From contig CATNEN010000024.1 in the NCBI GenBank assembly GCA_950097015.1, forward strand, positions 3,844,001 to 3,908,000: a stretch of DNA of 64,000 nucleotides. Reading direction: 5' to 3'. The stretch comes from Macrostomum hystrix. Taxonomy: Eukaryota > Animalia > Platyhelminthes. Below the pieces are notes generated by a model that searched no databases, had not been told where the DNA came from, and saw nothing but the letters and a program-made list of their open reading frames with translations. Made by a program: the position numbers and the translations under genes. Below are positions 1 to 12,046 of the stretch, one piece after another. Each line of letters begins with the position of its first letter. The stretch's first letter is position 1.

Positions 1-237
1 GAAGCCGCCCAGATCGGCAAGTCCGGGCGCGGCCAGGTCCAGCCACTGGCCGGGACGGAAGCTCAACGGCGCTGGCGTCGAGGCCGGCGAGATCTGGAGG
101 GTCACGTGACGCACGCTGGGCGTGATCATGCGGACCGCGGCCACTACAGCCGGGTGGAACCGGCCGGCCTTGGCTGACATGGATTCCTCGGTGGGCGGAG
201 CTTCGCCTGGCTGCAACGGTTCAGCTGAACTGTCATT
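1..237 (-). CDS. OXNAD1: Oxidoreductase NAD-binding domain protein 1-like (FNR-family FAD-binding N-terminus), 5' exon; gene runs off the window start
   Basis: Manual translation from ATG at 180: MSAKAGRFHPAVVAAVRMITPSVRHVTLQISPASTPAPLSFRPGQWLDLAAPGLADLGGF, matching the OXNAD1 'FSFKAGQWVDFFIPG...GGFS' motif. The frame stays open to an acceptor-like ttattctaAG at 238-239. Confidence 0.7.
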
Positions 238-305
238 CTTAGAATAAGCCGATTACCCACATCTTGAAGCATCTCACAATCTCTGAACTGTGAGATAACC
301 CATTC

Positions 306-965
306 ATGAAATCTTGGAATCCATTTATCAAATCATTGAATCAATTAATCAAATCATTAAATCCATTTATCAAATCATTGAATCAATTAATCAAATCATT
401 AAATCCATTTATCAAATCATTGAATCAATTAATCAAATCATTAAATCCATTTATCAAATCATTGAATCCGTTTATCAAATCAATGAACCCGTTTATCAAA
501 CCATTTAACCCGTTTATCAAACCATTGAACCCGTTTATCAAATCTTTAAATCCATATTCATCAAATCATCGAATCCTTTTATCAAATCATTTAACCCATT
601 TATCAAATCTTGGAATCCATTTATCAAATCATTGAATCCGTTTATCAAATCGTTGAATCCGTTTATCAAATCATTTAACCCATTTATCAAATCACTGAAT
701 CCGTTTATCAAACCGTTAAACCCTTTTATCAAACCATTGAACCCGTTTATCAAACCATTGAACCCGTTTATCAAACCATTTAACCCGTTTATCAAACCAT
801 TGAACCCGTTTATCAAATCTTTAAATCCATATTCATCAAATCATCGAATCCTTTTATCAAATCATTTAACCCATTTATCAAATCTTGGAATCCATTTATC
901 AATTCATTGAAACCGTTTATCAAATCATTGAACCCATTTATCAAATCATTGAATCAATTTATCAA
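306..965. repeat. 21-bp minisatellite (TTGAATCCGTTTATCAAATCA), about 30 diverged copies
   Basis: Direct reading; the ORF track shows a 7-aa period (SLNPFIK). Confidence 0.95.
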
Positions 966-1849
966 ATCATTCAATCTATTTTTTAATCACTGAATTTTTA
1001 ACGTCATTTTATGACACCGTCAAATCTTCGTTTTTATTCTTCCGTCAAACTCCATAATTTCATAGATTCCTCACACACGAATTCGAACTCGGGACCAAAA
1101 AGAATTGAATCTTTGGATGACAATAGCATGGCAACTATATGTCATTTAGCAGAGGCTTTTTCGAGAAAGATTAGATAAAAATCATAAGAGCGTACAAAAT
1201 AGTATTAGGCAAATTGACGGTAAGGCAATGCTGAGGCGTACGAAATCCTTTAAATAGCAGGTAATAAAAAAAAGCGGCAAAAATATATCGTATCATAAAG
1301 CCATATCAATCGATTCAGGCAAATGCATAGAATGAAAAAATCTACCTAAACAGGCCTATTTGATTCGCCAATCTACACTGGGCAATCAGACCAGGCAGTC
1401 TTAGAGCGGAAAACCAAGTCGATATTGCATCAAACAGACAAGCGCATCTTTGTATGCTATTAATATTCCTTTGATAAATTAATCTGGTATTTAAATTACA
1501 CTGCCAAAGAAGGCGCGGCTCAAGCGTATGAAAAGGATACGCGCAATTAAAATAAAAGAATTCGACTAACGGTAAAACAAGTCCAGGATCCTACAAAAGA
1601 GTACCCGCGTGATTGCATGACTTCACGTCTTAGTTTGAGGAAGAAGGAAGACATAGCTTTGAACTAAAAATAACTCAATTCAAATGAGTTCTCAGAATTT
1701 TGTCCGTAAAACAATTTCCTTTGGCGTCTTTAAGCTGAAAAAAGAACTGCCTCAGTTTAAGGATGCACCGTTGAGAATGGGAGCGATTGAATAGAATCGG
1801 CTCAAATTAACAATAGGACTACCAAGCCAATTTGCCGCCCGTTTGTATA

Positions 1850-2405
1850 CTAAGGGGGGATTCCGCCTCCTGAAATTTTTTGGCAGTGCCCGAATGCTAA
1901 CAGCGTTGGGTGGTGACTGATTGGTTGACAGACTAGACGATGGTGTACACTGTAATGTGGTGGAGCTGCGCCTAATATTTTGGCTTGATCAGTGAAATTA
2001 GAGAAATTCGCTTCAGGGTGTCCATAGTGGCCTTGTTCCACCTGCTGTAGCCCTTGAAGGTCCAGCAAGCCCGTCTAGATAAAGGCAGATGACCACCGAA
2101 GACGGAGATGATGCAGGCACATTCGGGAGGCATGCTGATAAACTTTGAAGGCCTAGCAAGGCCTCACTGAGGCGCAGTGCTAATTTGTGTATAGGGGTGT
2201 ATGAAATACACTAGCGCTAATGGGAAACTGACCTTCGGCCAGAACCATTGAATATCTCGACGGTCTGAAAAGCTGGCGAATTGATTATTGCTTCAGAAGA
2301 TGCGCAATAAAAATTTGGCCCGTGTTCTTGAGTTTCGTGTGCTTGCATTGCTCCGTTCACGCGCAGCACAAAAAATTATCAGGGGGAAGGAAATCCCCCT
2401 TGGTA
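1850..2405. mobile_element. Probable MITE-like element with imperfect terminal inverted repeats; its interior is shared with 40230-40620
   Basis: Left end TAAGGGGGGATTCCGCCTCCTGAAATTTTTTG versus reverse complement of right end CAAGGGGGATTTCCTTCCCCCTGATAATTTTTTG. Interior block ..CACTGAGGCGCAGTGC(T/A)AATTTGTGTATA..GTGTATGAAATACACTAGC recurs at about 40345-40390. Confidence 0.45.
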
Positions 2406-2414
2406 GTTTTACTG

Positions 2415-5130
2415 TTAAGAATCGCCTTAAATTGAGAATCGCCTCAAGCTAAGAATCGAATTGAGAATCGCCTCAAACTGAGAATCGAATTGAGAATTGC
2501 CTCAATCTGAGAATCGAATTAAGAATCGCCTCAAACTGAGAATCGCATTAAATTGAGAATCGCCTTAAACTGAGAATCGAATTGAGAATCGCCTCAAACT
2601 GAGAATCGAATTGAGAATCGCCTCAAACTAAGAATCGAATTGAGAATCGCCTCAAACTGAGAATCGAATTGAGAATTGCCTCAATCTGAGAATCGAATTA
2701 AGAATCGCCTCAAACTGAGAATCGAATTGAGAATCGCCTCAAGCAAAGAATCGAATTGAGAATCGCCTCAAACTGAGAATCAAATTGAGAATCGCCTCAA
2801 ACTGAGAATCGAATTGAGAATCGCCTCAAACTGAGAATCCAATTGAGAATCGCCTCAAACTGAGAATCGAATTGAGAATCGCCTCAACCTAAGAATCGAA
2901 TTGAGAATCGCCTCAAACTGAGAATCGAATTGAGAATCGCCTCAAACTGAGAATCGAATTGAGAATCGCCTCAAACTGAGAATCGAATTGAGAATCGCAT
3001 TAAATTGAGAATCGCCTGAAACTGAGAATCGCATTAAATTGAGAATCGCCTTAAACTGAGAATCGAATTGAGAATCGCCTCAAACTGAAAATCGAATTGA
3101 GAATCCAATTGAGAATCGCCTCAAACTGAGAATCAAATTGAGAATCGCCTCAAACTGAGAATCGAATTGAGAATCGCCTCAAACTGAGAATCGAATTGAG
3201 AATCGCCTCAAACTGAGAATCGAATTGAGAATCGCCTCAAACTGAGAATCGAATTGAGAATCGCCTCAAACTGAGAATCGAATTGAGAATCGCATTAAAT
3301 TGAGAATCGCCTCAAACTGAGAATCGAATTAAGAATCGCCTCAAACTGAGAATCGAATTAAGAATCGCCTCAAACTGAGAATCGCATTAAATTGAGAATC
3401 GCCTCAAACTGAGAATCGCATTAAATTGAGAATCGCCTCAAACTGAGAATCGAATTAAGAATCGCCTCAAACTGAGAATCGAATTAAGAATTGCCTCAAA
3501 CTGAGAATCGCATTAAATTGAGAATCGCCTCAAACTGAGAATCGCATTAAATTGAGAATCGCCTCAAACTGAGAATCGAATTAAATTGAGAATCGCCTCA
3601 AACTGAGAATCGCATTAAATTGAGAATCGCCTCAAACTGAGAATCGAATTAAGAATCGCCTCAAACTGAGAATCGAATTAAGAATCGCCTAAAACTGAGA
3701 ATCGAATTAAGAATTGCCTCAAACTGAGAATCGCATTAAATTGAGAATCGCCTCAAACTGAGAATCGAATTAAATTGAGAATCGCCTCAAACTGAGAATC
3801 GAATTAAGAATCGCCTTAAACTGAGAGTCGAATTGAGAATCGCATTAAATTGAGAATCGCCTGAAATTGAGAATCGCATTAAATTGAGAATCGCCTTAAA
3901 CTGAGAATCGCATTAAGAATCGCCTCAAACTGAGAATCGCATTAAATTGAGAATCGCCTCAAACTGAGAATCGAATTAAATTGAAAATCGCCTCAAACTG
4001 AGAATCGCATTAAATTGAGAATCGCCTCAAACTGAGAATCGAATTAAATTGAGAATCGCCTCAAACTGAGAATCGCATTAAATTGAGAATCGCCTCAAAC
4101 TGAGAATCGAATTAAATTGAAAATCGCCTCAAACTGAGAATCGCATTAAATTGAGAATCGCCTCAAACTGAGAATCGAATTAAGAATCGCCTCAAACTGA
4201 GAATCGAATTGAGAATCGCCTCAAACTGAGAATCGAATTGAGAATCGCCTCAATCTAAGAATCGAGCTGAGAATCGCCTCAAACTGAGAATCGAATTGAG
4301 AATCGCCTCAAACTGAGAATCGAATTGAGAATCGCATTAAATTGAGAATCGCCTGAAACTGAGAATCGCATTGAGAATCGCCTCAAACTGAGAATCGAAT
4401 TGAGAATCGCCTCAATCTAAGAATCGAGCTGAGAATCGCCTCAAACTGAGAATCGAATTGAGAATCGCATTAAATTGAGAATCGCCTGAAACTGAGAATC
4501 GCATTGAGAATCGCCTCAAACTGAGAATCGAATAAAGAATCGCCTCAAACTGAGAATCGAATTGAGAATCGCCTCAAACTGAGAATCGAATTGAGAATCG
4601 CCTCAATCTAAGAATCGAGCTGAGAATCGCCTCAAACTGAGAATCGAATTGAGAATCGCCTCAAACTGAGAATCGAATTGAGAATCGCATTAAATTGAGA
4701 ATCGCCTGAAACTGAGAATCGCATTAAATTGAGAATCGCCTCAAACTGAGAATCGCATTAAATTGAGAATCGCCTCAAACTGAGAATCGCATTAAATTGA
4801 GAATCGCCTCAAACTGAGAATCGAATTAAGAATCGCCTCAAACTGAGAATCGAATTAAGAATTGCCTCAAACTGAGAATCGCATTAAATTGAGAATCGAA
4901 TTAAGAATCGCCTCAAACTGAGAATCGCATTAAATTGAGAATCGCCTCAAACTGAGAATCGCCTCAAACTGAGAATCGGATTAAGAATCGCCTCAAACTG
5001 AGAATCGAATTAAGAATTGCCTCAAACTGAGAATCGCATTAAATTGAGAATCGAATTAAGAATCGCCTCAAACTGAGAATCGAATTAAGAATTGCCTCAA
5101 ACTGAGAATCGCATTAAATTGAGAATCGTC
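2415..5130. repeat. Modular satellite built from 17-bp (GAGAATCGCCTCAAACT), 12-bp (GAGAATCGAATT) and 17-bp (GAGAATCGCATTAAATT) modules, about 2.7 kb
   Basis: Direct reading; the dominant period is 29 bp (17+12). Confidence 0.95.
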
Positions 5131-6013
5131 CTGAATAAAGACTTGTATTAAACAGAGAATCGAATCAACATTAAGATAAAAATGAAATTCGTCTTATGTG
5201 AGAAAGACCTCAAATCCTTCTAATCTCAAGAAAGAACGCGAAACAAAAAGAAGACAAAAACACGATTTTTATTTATTTATTTGTAATAAAAAGACAGAAT
5301 ACACAAAGGTTTTGTTTATTTTTTGTTAATAAGAAACCAATCTACATAAAAATTGTCATCTCTTATTTCTTCTCAATAAAATCTCGAACAGCTAATATAA
5401 AATTACCAGCTTTGATGTAATTTTTAGTGTAAAATGTAACCATATAAGAACAGATTGGCACAAAACGCATGTTAAAGCAGAGAATAGTGTGTACGAGAAT
5501 AACAAATTGGTTACAAATTGGGCAAGGCAAGGAAATAGAAAAAAATTAATAGGAAACATAAGATTATTGAGAACAATAAATTCCTTCTCCGTGTATTTCA
5601 CTAACTTAAGAAAACAGCAAAACAACAGACGGTTTTCGATTCGATAAAATCAATTCTTGAAGTCTGTTTTAAATGAAGAAGAAACAATATTTCTCATAAA
5701 GACACTGATTGAAAACCAAAGACAGCAGCAAAAGGCCTGAAAAAAACAGTACAGAAAAGAGTGCATGAAATCGGATTTATTTTATAAAAATCTATAAAAA
5801 ACGAAAAGAATACCTACCAGCAGGTGATGCCGAAATATATGACGGAAAAAATAGTGTTTTGACATTAACAATGATCTATAAAAACTGGAAAGTTCTTCTG
5901 TACCGTATGGAATGAAGAATAATGAAAAAGCGAATAACTGGGTGGAGGTCGCTAAACATCTTGAATATCATTAACAAATCGCGCAACATCACATACTCGT
6001 AAACATACTCCGT

Positions 6014-6278
6014 GCTACCCGAACCCTGACAGGATGTGGTGTGGGGTACCCGAACCCTGACAGGATGTGGTGTGGGCTACCCGAACCCTGACAGGATGTG
6101 GTGTGGGCTACCCGAACCCTGACAGGATGTGGTGTGGGCTACCCGAACCCTGACAGGATGTGGTGTGGGCTACCCGAACCCTGACAGGATGTGGTGTGGG
6201 CTACCCGAACCCTGACAGGATGTGGTGTGGGGTACCCGAACCCTGACAGGATGTGGTGTGGGCTACCCGAACCCTGAC
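6014..6278. repeat. 31-bp minisatellite (CTACCCGAACCCTGACAGGATGTGGTGTGGG), about 8.5 copies
   Basis: Direct reading; GAACCCTGAC recurs every 31 nt. Confidence 0.95.
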
Positions 6279-6444
6279 GAGGAAGTTTGAATCCATAACT
6301 AAAAAAACAAAGGCTGAGTACATGAGTATGCTAAACTCCGTAAGTTTCATAAAAAACGCGCTAAAAAACTCGTAGTAGTTATTTTTATGGTTCTCAAATG
6401 GCATGAATGGTTGTCCAAATCTGTCAAATCAATCAACAGACAAA

Positions 6445-9075
6445 TCAATCAACAGACATATCTTCAGCGCGATCGAATAGGTTGATCAAGTCCCCCAGCG
6501 TACTGAACAGCTGAGAGCCCGCCCCGACTTCATTGCGCAGCCACTTAAAGAGGTTACGCAGGTCCAAGGCGTTTACCGGCGGCACCGAGTGTCTGAAATC
6601 GTACAGCCTAGTTTTGAGTCGGGGACAATCGAGCAGCTGTATGAGCAGTTTGACAGCGGAGTCGCCTTGAGCTTGCAGCAGGTGCAGATAAGGCAACAGG
6701 TTAAGCTTGTTGCACATCAGCTTGCACACCTCCGGCCGCTGGCTAATAGCAGTAAGGATCTCTAGTGCGGATTCGCGCATCGCAACCGGCTCTTTGAGGT
6801 ACTTCACAGAGAGGTCCAGCACAATGGGCATCTGCAGGAAGCGGACGCTGTGGGCCCGGCCGAAGTCGCCTTCGGCCTTGTTCATGGCGCAGCCGAGCCG
6901 GTAAGCGGAGACAAGGAGGATTGACCGTTCGCGGTGCAAGTCATCCTGATGATCTGCGTGCTTCATCACCTGCATAGCGGTGGGCAGGGCTCGGTGCTTT
7001 GTTAGCAGATCGAAGCCACCGTCCTTCAAAAAGTTGGCGACGTCGCCAGCGGCGGCCGGGTCGCTTGCGGCCCTGGTCAGGGCTAGCAGAGCTCCGGAGA
7101 AGAGCAGCAGCGGAGAGTCAGCCCACTCTGGCTGGCGCAGCGAGTTCATCAGCTTCTTGAAGTTTGGCGAGCCGTCGCTGTTTAGGTCGCCTGGATGGCG
7201 GGCATTGTCTGATTTTGAGACTTAAATTTACTTTGTCACACTCCACCCTGCCTACAGGCACTATTTGTCACTCACTCCGACACGGCCTACAGGCACTATT
7301 TGTCACCCACTCCGACACGGCCTACAGGCACTATTTGTCACCCACTCCGACACGGCCTACAGGCACTATTTGTCACCCACTCCGACACGGCCTACAGGCA
7401 CTATTTGTCACCCACTCCGACACGGCCTACAGGCACTATTTGTCACTCACTCCGACACGGCCTACAGGCACTATTTGTCACCCACTCCGACACGGCCTAC
7501 AGGCACTATTTGTCACCCACTCCGACACGGCCTACAGGCACTATTTGTCACTCACTCTGACACTGCCTACAGGCACTATTTGTCACCCACTCTGACACTG
7601 CCTACAGGCACTATTTGTCACCCACTGTGACTTCTTACAGGCACTATTTGTCACCCACTCCGACACGGCCTACAGGCACTACGGCCTATTTGTCACCAAC
7701 TGTCACTGCCTACTGTCACTGTCTGGTAAATGTGTGGCCAAGTATCGCACGATAGCAATCAAACTATTAATGTTTAGCTTGGATAAATTTAAAAGCCGGG
7801 CTTACTAGAATAAGCGCTTTTGTAAATCTGCGTAAATAGCTGCTCGCACGGATGCAAGTCACAATCAACCAGTTCCCGAAGCAATTGGTCTACATTAGCA
7901 GAGCTCAATTGCTTGGCGCAACGGACAATGCGCAGCCTGTTAGCTACGTCGGGTCGACCAGACTCCGGCAGTTCTAGATTATCCAGCTGGCCAACTTGCT
8001 CTTTGACATCTGGCGGCTCAACTAGAGACATAGCCAGTATGCGGGCCGCTTTGTCAGACAGATCAGGCTGATCCTCGCGGCAGATTAGCTGGATCAGGCT
8101 CCGCAGCAGCTCCGGACAGCGCCTAGCCGAGGCGCGAAACGCCGACAAGCCGGACAGTCGAACTAAAGAGGTGACAAAATCGCCAGACACGCCAACAGTG
8201 AGATGAAGGGCGGCCTCTTTAACCAAACTGTCCATCGCGATGACCGGATTGGCTATCTTAGCGGCCGCATTGGCTACTTCTTTCTGCATCTTGGCGATCG
8301 CCTCGCTGTCGTCCGGCATAGCATCGTCGGCACGATTCGGCTTCTTCGGAGGCGGGCGTTGAATGTCGCACAGGCGGCGCTGCAGCCGGGGACAGCAGGC
8401 CAGGTTGGCCAGCACCCGGGCGCAGGCGTCGCGCACAGGAGCCGCCTCGGTGGTGGGTCGGCACAGGCAGGCCAGGGAGCACACAGTGGAAATTTGGTTA
8501 TTACTGAATTCATTCTTATATAGGCCATCGTCGGTGACAAAATTCATCCGATTGCACAGCAGCTTGCAAATGCTGCCGTCCTCTGTTAGGCGCTCCAGTA
8601 GGCGCAGGCCGGCTACGCGCAGCGACTTCTCGGGATCGTCCTTGGCATCGTCAGCTTCGGCGTAGCGCGAATCGGAGGCCACGTGCAGGGCGTATTCGGC
8701 CACGCCGCGAATCTGAAGAGAGCGGACCCGATTGTCCCGACTTCCGGTCTGGGTGACCTTTCCCGGCTGCTGATCGTGCTCCTCTTCGGCGATGCTGCCG
8801 GCACCGTAGCAGAGGCGGAAGACGCCGAGCAACAGGAGGAGCTCAGTGCCGTGGGCTTCGTCCGGGTGTTTGTCCAGCACGGGGCAGACAGACCGATGCC
8901 TGGTTAGCAGCTCGTAGCCTTGGGCGTCGCGGAACGCAGCTCTGGCGGGCTCGCCTTTTTCAGTTAGGAGCTTGCCAAAGCCGCGAAACTCGTCCGCTAG
9001 TTTAGCCACGTCGTTGATCGTGTTGATGCGCTCGATTTCCTCTTTGATTTCTTTTTCAATATTGCTATCCGTCAT
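6445..9075 (-). CDS. Uncharacterised two-exon helical-repeat (ARM/HEAT-like) protein, about 677 aa; exons 9075-7806 and 7208(or 7220)-6445
   Basis: Long GC-rich ORFs 7789-9201 and 6445-7149 join in phase 1 through a GTAAGC donor (7805) and a CAG acceptor (7209-7211). Sequence is Leu/Ala-rich and helical. ATG at 9075 is preceded by acceptor-like gtgCAG|aaatCAG|ccATG. Confidence 0.7.
7250..7685. repeat. 35-bp intronic minisatellite (CACCCACTCCGACACGGCCTACAGGCACTATTTGT), about 12 copies
   Basis: Direct reading; lies inside intron 7209-7805. Confidence 0.95.
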
Positions 9076-9204
9076 GGCTGATTTCTGCACAACAAGATAA
9101 CATATTGTATTGAAATATTGGCTTTCTATCAGCTTACGGTTGCATTGGTGAAAAATACTACATGCTACATTAAGTGGATGGGACGTGAAAATTGGCGACA
9201 CCTC

Positions 9205-9925
9205 TACAATTAAAGGGGCTGTGATAATTGGCGGCCAATTCCACTATTAAAGGGGCTGTGATAATTGGCGGCTAATTCCACAATAAAAGGGGCTGTGATA
9301 ATTGGCGGCTAATTACACAATTACAGGGGCTGTGATAATTGGCGGCTAATTACACAATTAAAGGGGCTGTGATAATGGGCGGCTAATTACACAATTAAAG
9401 GGGCTGTGATAATGGGCGGCCAATTCCACTATTAAAGGGGCTGTGATAATTGGCGGCCAATTCCACTATTAAAGGGGCTGTGATAATTGGCGGCCAATTC
9501 CACTATTAAAGGGGCTGTGATAATTGGCGGCCAATTCCACTATTAAAGGGGCTGTGATAATTGGCGGCCAATTCCACAATTAAAGGGGCTGTGATAATGG
9601 GCGGCCAATTACACAATTAAAGGGGCTGTGATAATGGGCGGCTAATTCCACAATTAAAGGGGCTGTGATAATGGGCGGCCAATTCCACAATTAAAGGGGC
9701 TGTGATAATTGGCGGCTAATTCCACAATTAAAGGGGCTGTGATAATGGGCGGCCAATTCCACAATTAAAGGGGCTGTGATAATGGGCGGCCAATTCCACA
9801 ATTAAAGGGGCTGTGATAATGGGCGGCCAATTCCACAATTAAAGGCGCTGTGATAATGGACGGCTACTTCCACTATTAAAGGGGCTGTGATAATGGGCGG
9901 CCAATTCCACAATTTAAGGGGCCGT
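9205..9925. repeat. 37-bp minisatellite (AATTAAAGGGGCTGTGATAATGGGCGGCCAATTCCAC), about 19 copies
   Basis: Direct reading. Confidence 0.95.
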
Positions 9926-10797
9926 GGTTACAGCTAGCTGGAGGTAAAATGGTGTCTGGAGGACCCAAATAGAATGAGAGTTAGCTAGCTGATAATGGTT
10001 ATGCTGGATAACTCATGTATATCAATCTTAGGCATTCATATATATTTTTATAGACAAAATCACAAAAACCACCAACAACAATAGCCATACGGCTTTAATT
10101 GGACTGTAGGGTCCATTGCAAGCATTAGTGATCAGTTTTTTATATTACGCGGGGCATTATGACAGACTAAGATTTACATATCATATAATACATACACATT
10201 TATGTAGCAATTGTAAATTAAAACAATAAAATAAGAGCAATAATACACCTCACATAGTATAATGTCAAAACATGTCGATTAGGAACACAGCAGAAGAGAA
10301 GCTAGTGTAAACAACCCAAACCTAAAAAAGGTGACACAGAAAGAAAAGTGCAATTCAAATGGAAACAGCATTTCAATGCATTATAAAAACTGTAGTCGAT
10401 AACAGAGCTCTCTCTACAAAAAATCATTTACTGGCAGCTGACTAGATAAAACAAAAGAACCCGAGCGTTACGTCTATCAAATTGAGCCATAATTGAAGAA
10501 GCAAAAGGTGCGACCAAAGTAATATAATTTTTTTATAATATATTCGAGGTTCATAGCAACTTGACTTAATGAACTAGATTGTCCCGAACTTGAAATATAT
10601 AAAATCATGTCTTGTCTTCTAATGTGATAGTCATACTATAAAAATACTCAGTGAATAATCTAGGAATTGTTGTTGCTAACAGCTAACAACTAACAACCAA
10701 ATTAAAGTACTTTTATAGTTTAAAGTGCATTGAGACATGAAAATTAATCAAGGAGTGTTATGCAAAAAAGGAAATGGGGCCATTAAAAATTAGGGAC

Positions 10798-11850
10798 ATG
10801 CACACCAATATGGGATCTGGGAGCTGCGGAAATGGCGCACCAATATGGGATCTGGGAGCTGTGGAAATGGCACACCAATATGGGATCTGGGAGCTGTGGA
10901 AATGGCACACCAATATGGGATCTGGGAGCTGCGGAAATGGCACACCAATATGGGATCTGGGAGCTGTGGAAATGGCACACCAATATGGGATCTGGGAGCT
11001 GTGGAAATGGCACACCAATATGGGATCTGGGAGCTGCGGAAATGGCGCACCAATATGGGATCTGGGAGCTGTGGAAATGGCACACCAATATGGGATCTGG
11101 GAGCTGTGGAAATGGCACACCAATATGGGATCTGGGAGCTGTGGAAATGGCACACCAATATGGGATCTGGGAGCTGTGGAAATGGCACACCAATATGGGA
11201 TCTGGGAGCTGCGGAAATGGCACACCAATATGGGATCTGGGAGCTGCGGAAATGGCGCACCAATATGGGATCTGGGAGCTGTGGAAATGGCACACCAATA
11301 TGGGATCTGGGAGCTGCGGAAATGGCACACCAATATGGGATCTGGGAGCTGTGGAAATGGCACACCAATATGGGATCTGGGAGCTGCGGAAATGGCACAC
11401 CAATATGGGATCTGGGAGCTGTGGAAATGGCACACCAATATGGGATCTGGGAGCTGTGGAAATGGCACACCAATATGGGATCTGGGAGCTGTGGAAATGG
11501 CACACCAATATGGGATCTGGGAGCTGTGGAAATGGCACACCAATATGGGATCTGGGAGCTGTGGAAATGGCACACCAATATGGGATCTGGGAGCTGTGGA
11601 AATGGCACACCAATATGGGATCTGGGAGCTGTGGAAATGGCACACCAATATGGGATCTGGGAGCTGTGGAAATGGCGCACCAATATGGGATCTGGGAGCT
11701 GTGGAAATGGCGCACCAATATGGGATCTGGGAGCTGTGGAAATGGCACACCAATATGGGATCTGGGAGCTGTGGAAATGGCGCACCAATATGGGATCTGG
11801 GAGCTGTGGAAATGGCACACCAATATGGGATCTGGGAGCTATGGAAATGG
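10798..11850. repeat. 35-bp minisatellite (ATGGCACACCAATATGGGATCTGGGAGCTGTGGAA), about 30 highly homogeneous copies
   Basis: Direct reading; the unit has no stop codon on either strand, which explains the six overlapping ORFs. Confidence 0.97.
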
Positions 11851-12046
11851 CTAAAATGAGACCTAGAATGTGGTTAACTGGAATGAAACTGTGAGATGGT
11901 AACATTGAACTTGTAGCAGTGAATTATCCAGTGAGGTTCACAAGATTAGCAGTGGAAAATCGCACTTTAAAGAAGAGGAATTAGTGATCAGTGAACAGGA
12001 TAATTGGAATATAATCAAATCAATTAATGGGTTTTTGTACATGCTT

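Noticed and set aside
1077-1100. Isolated Pol III B-box-like GGTCCCGAGTTCGAATTC on the minus strand
   Set aside because: No A box or SINE body recognised.
7164-7630. Repetitive ORFs, also those at 306-910, 30377-30741, 34071-34973, 35611-36415 and 62590-62862
   Set aside because: All are translations of minisatellites.
10758-11905. Six overlapping 330-370-aa ORFs, and a repeat length typical of CRISPR
   Set aside because: A pure 35-bp tandem repeat with no spacers and no cas genes, in a eukaryotic context. The unit simply lacks stop triplets, which is plausible by chance for one of about 14 arrays.
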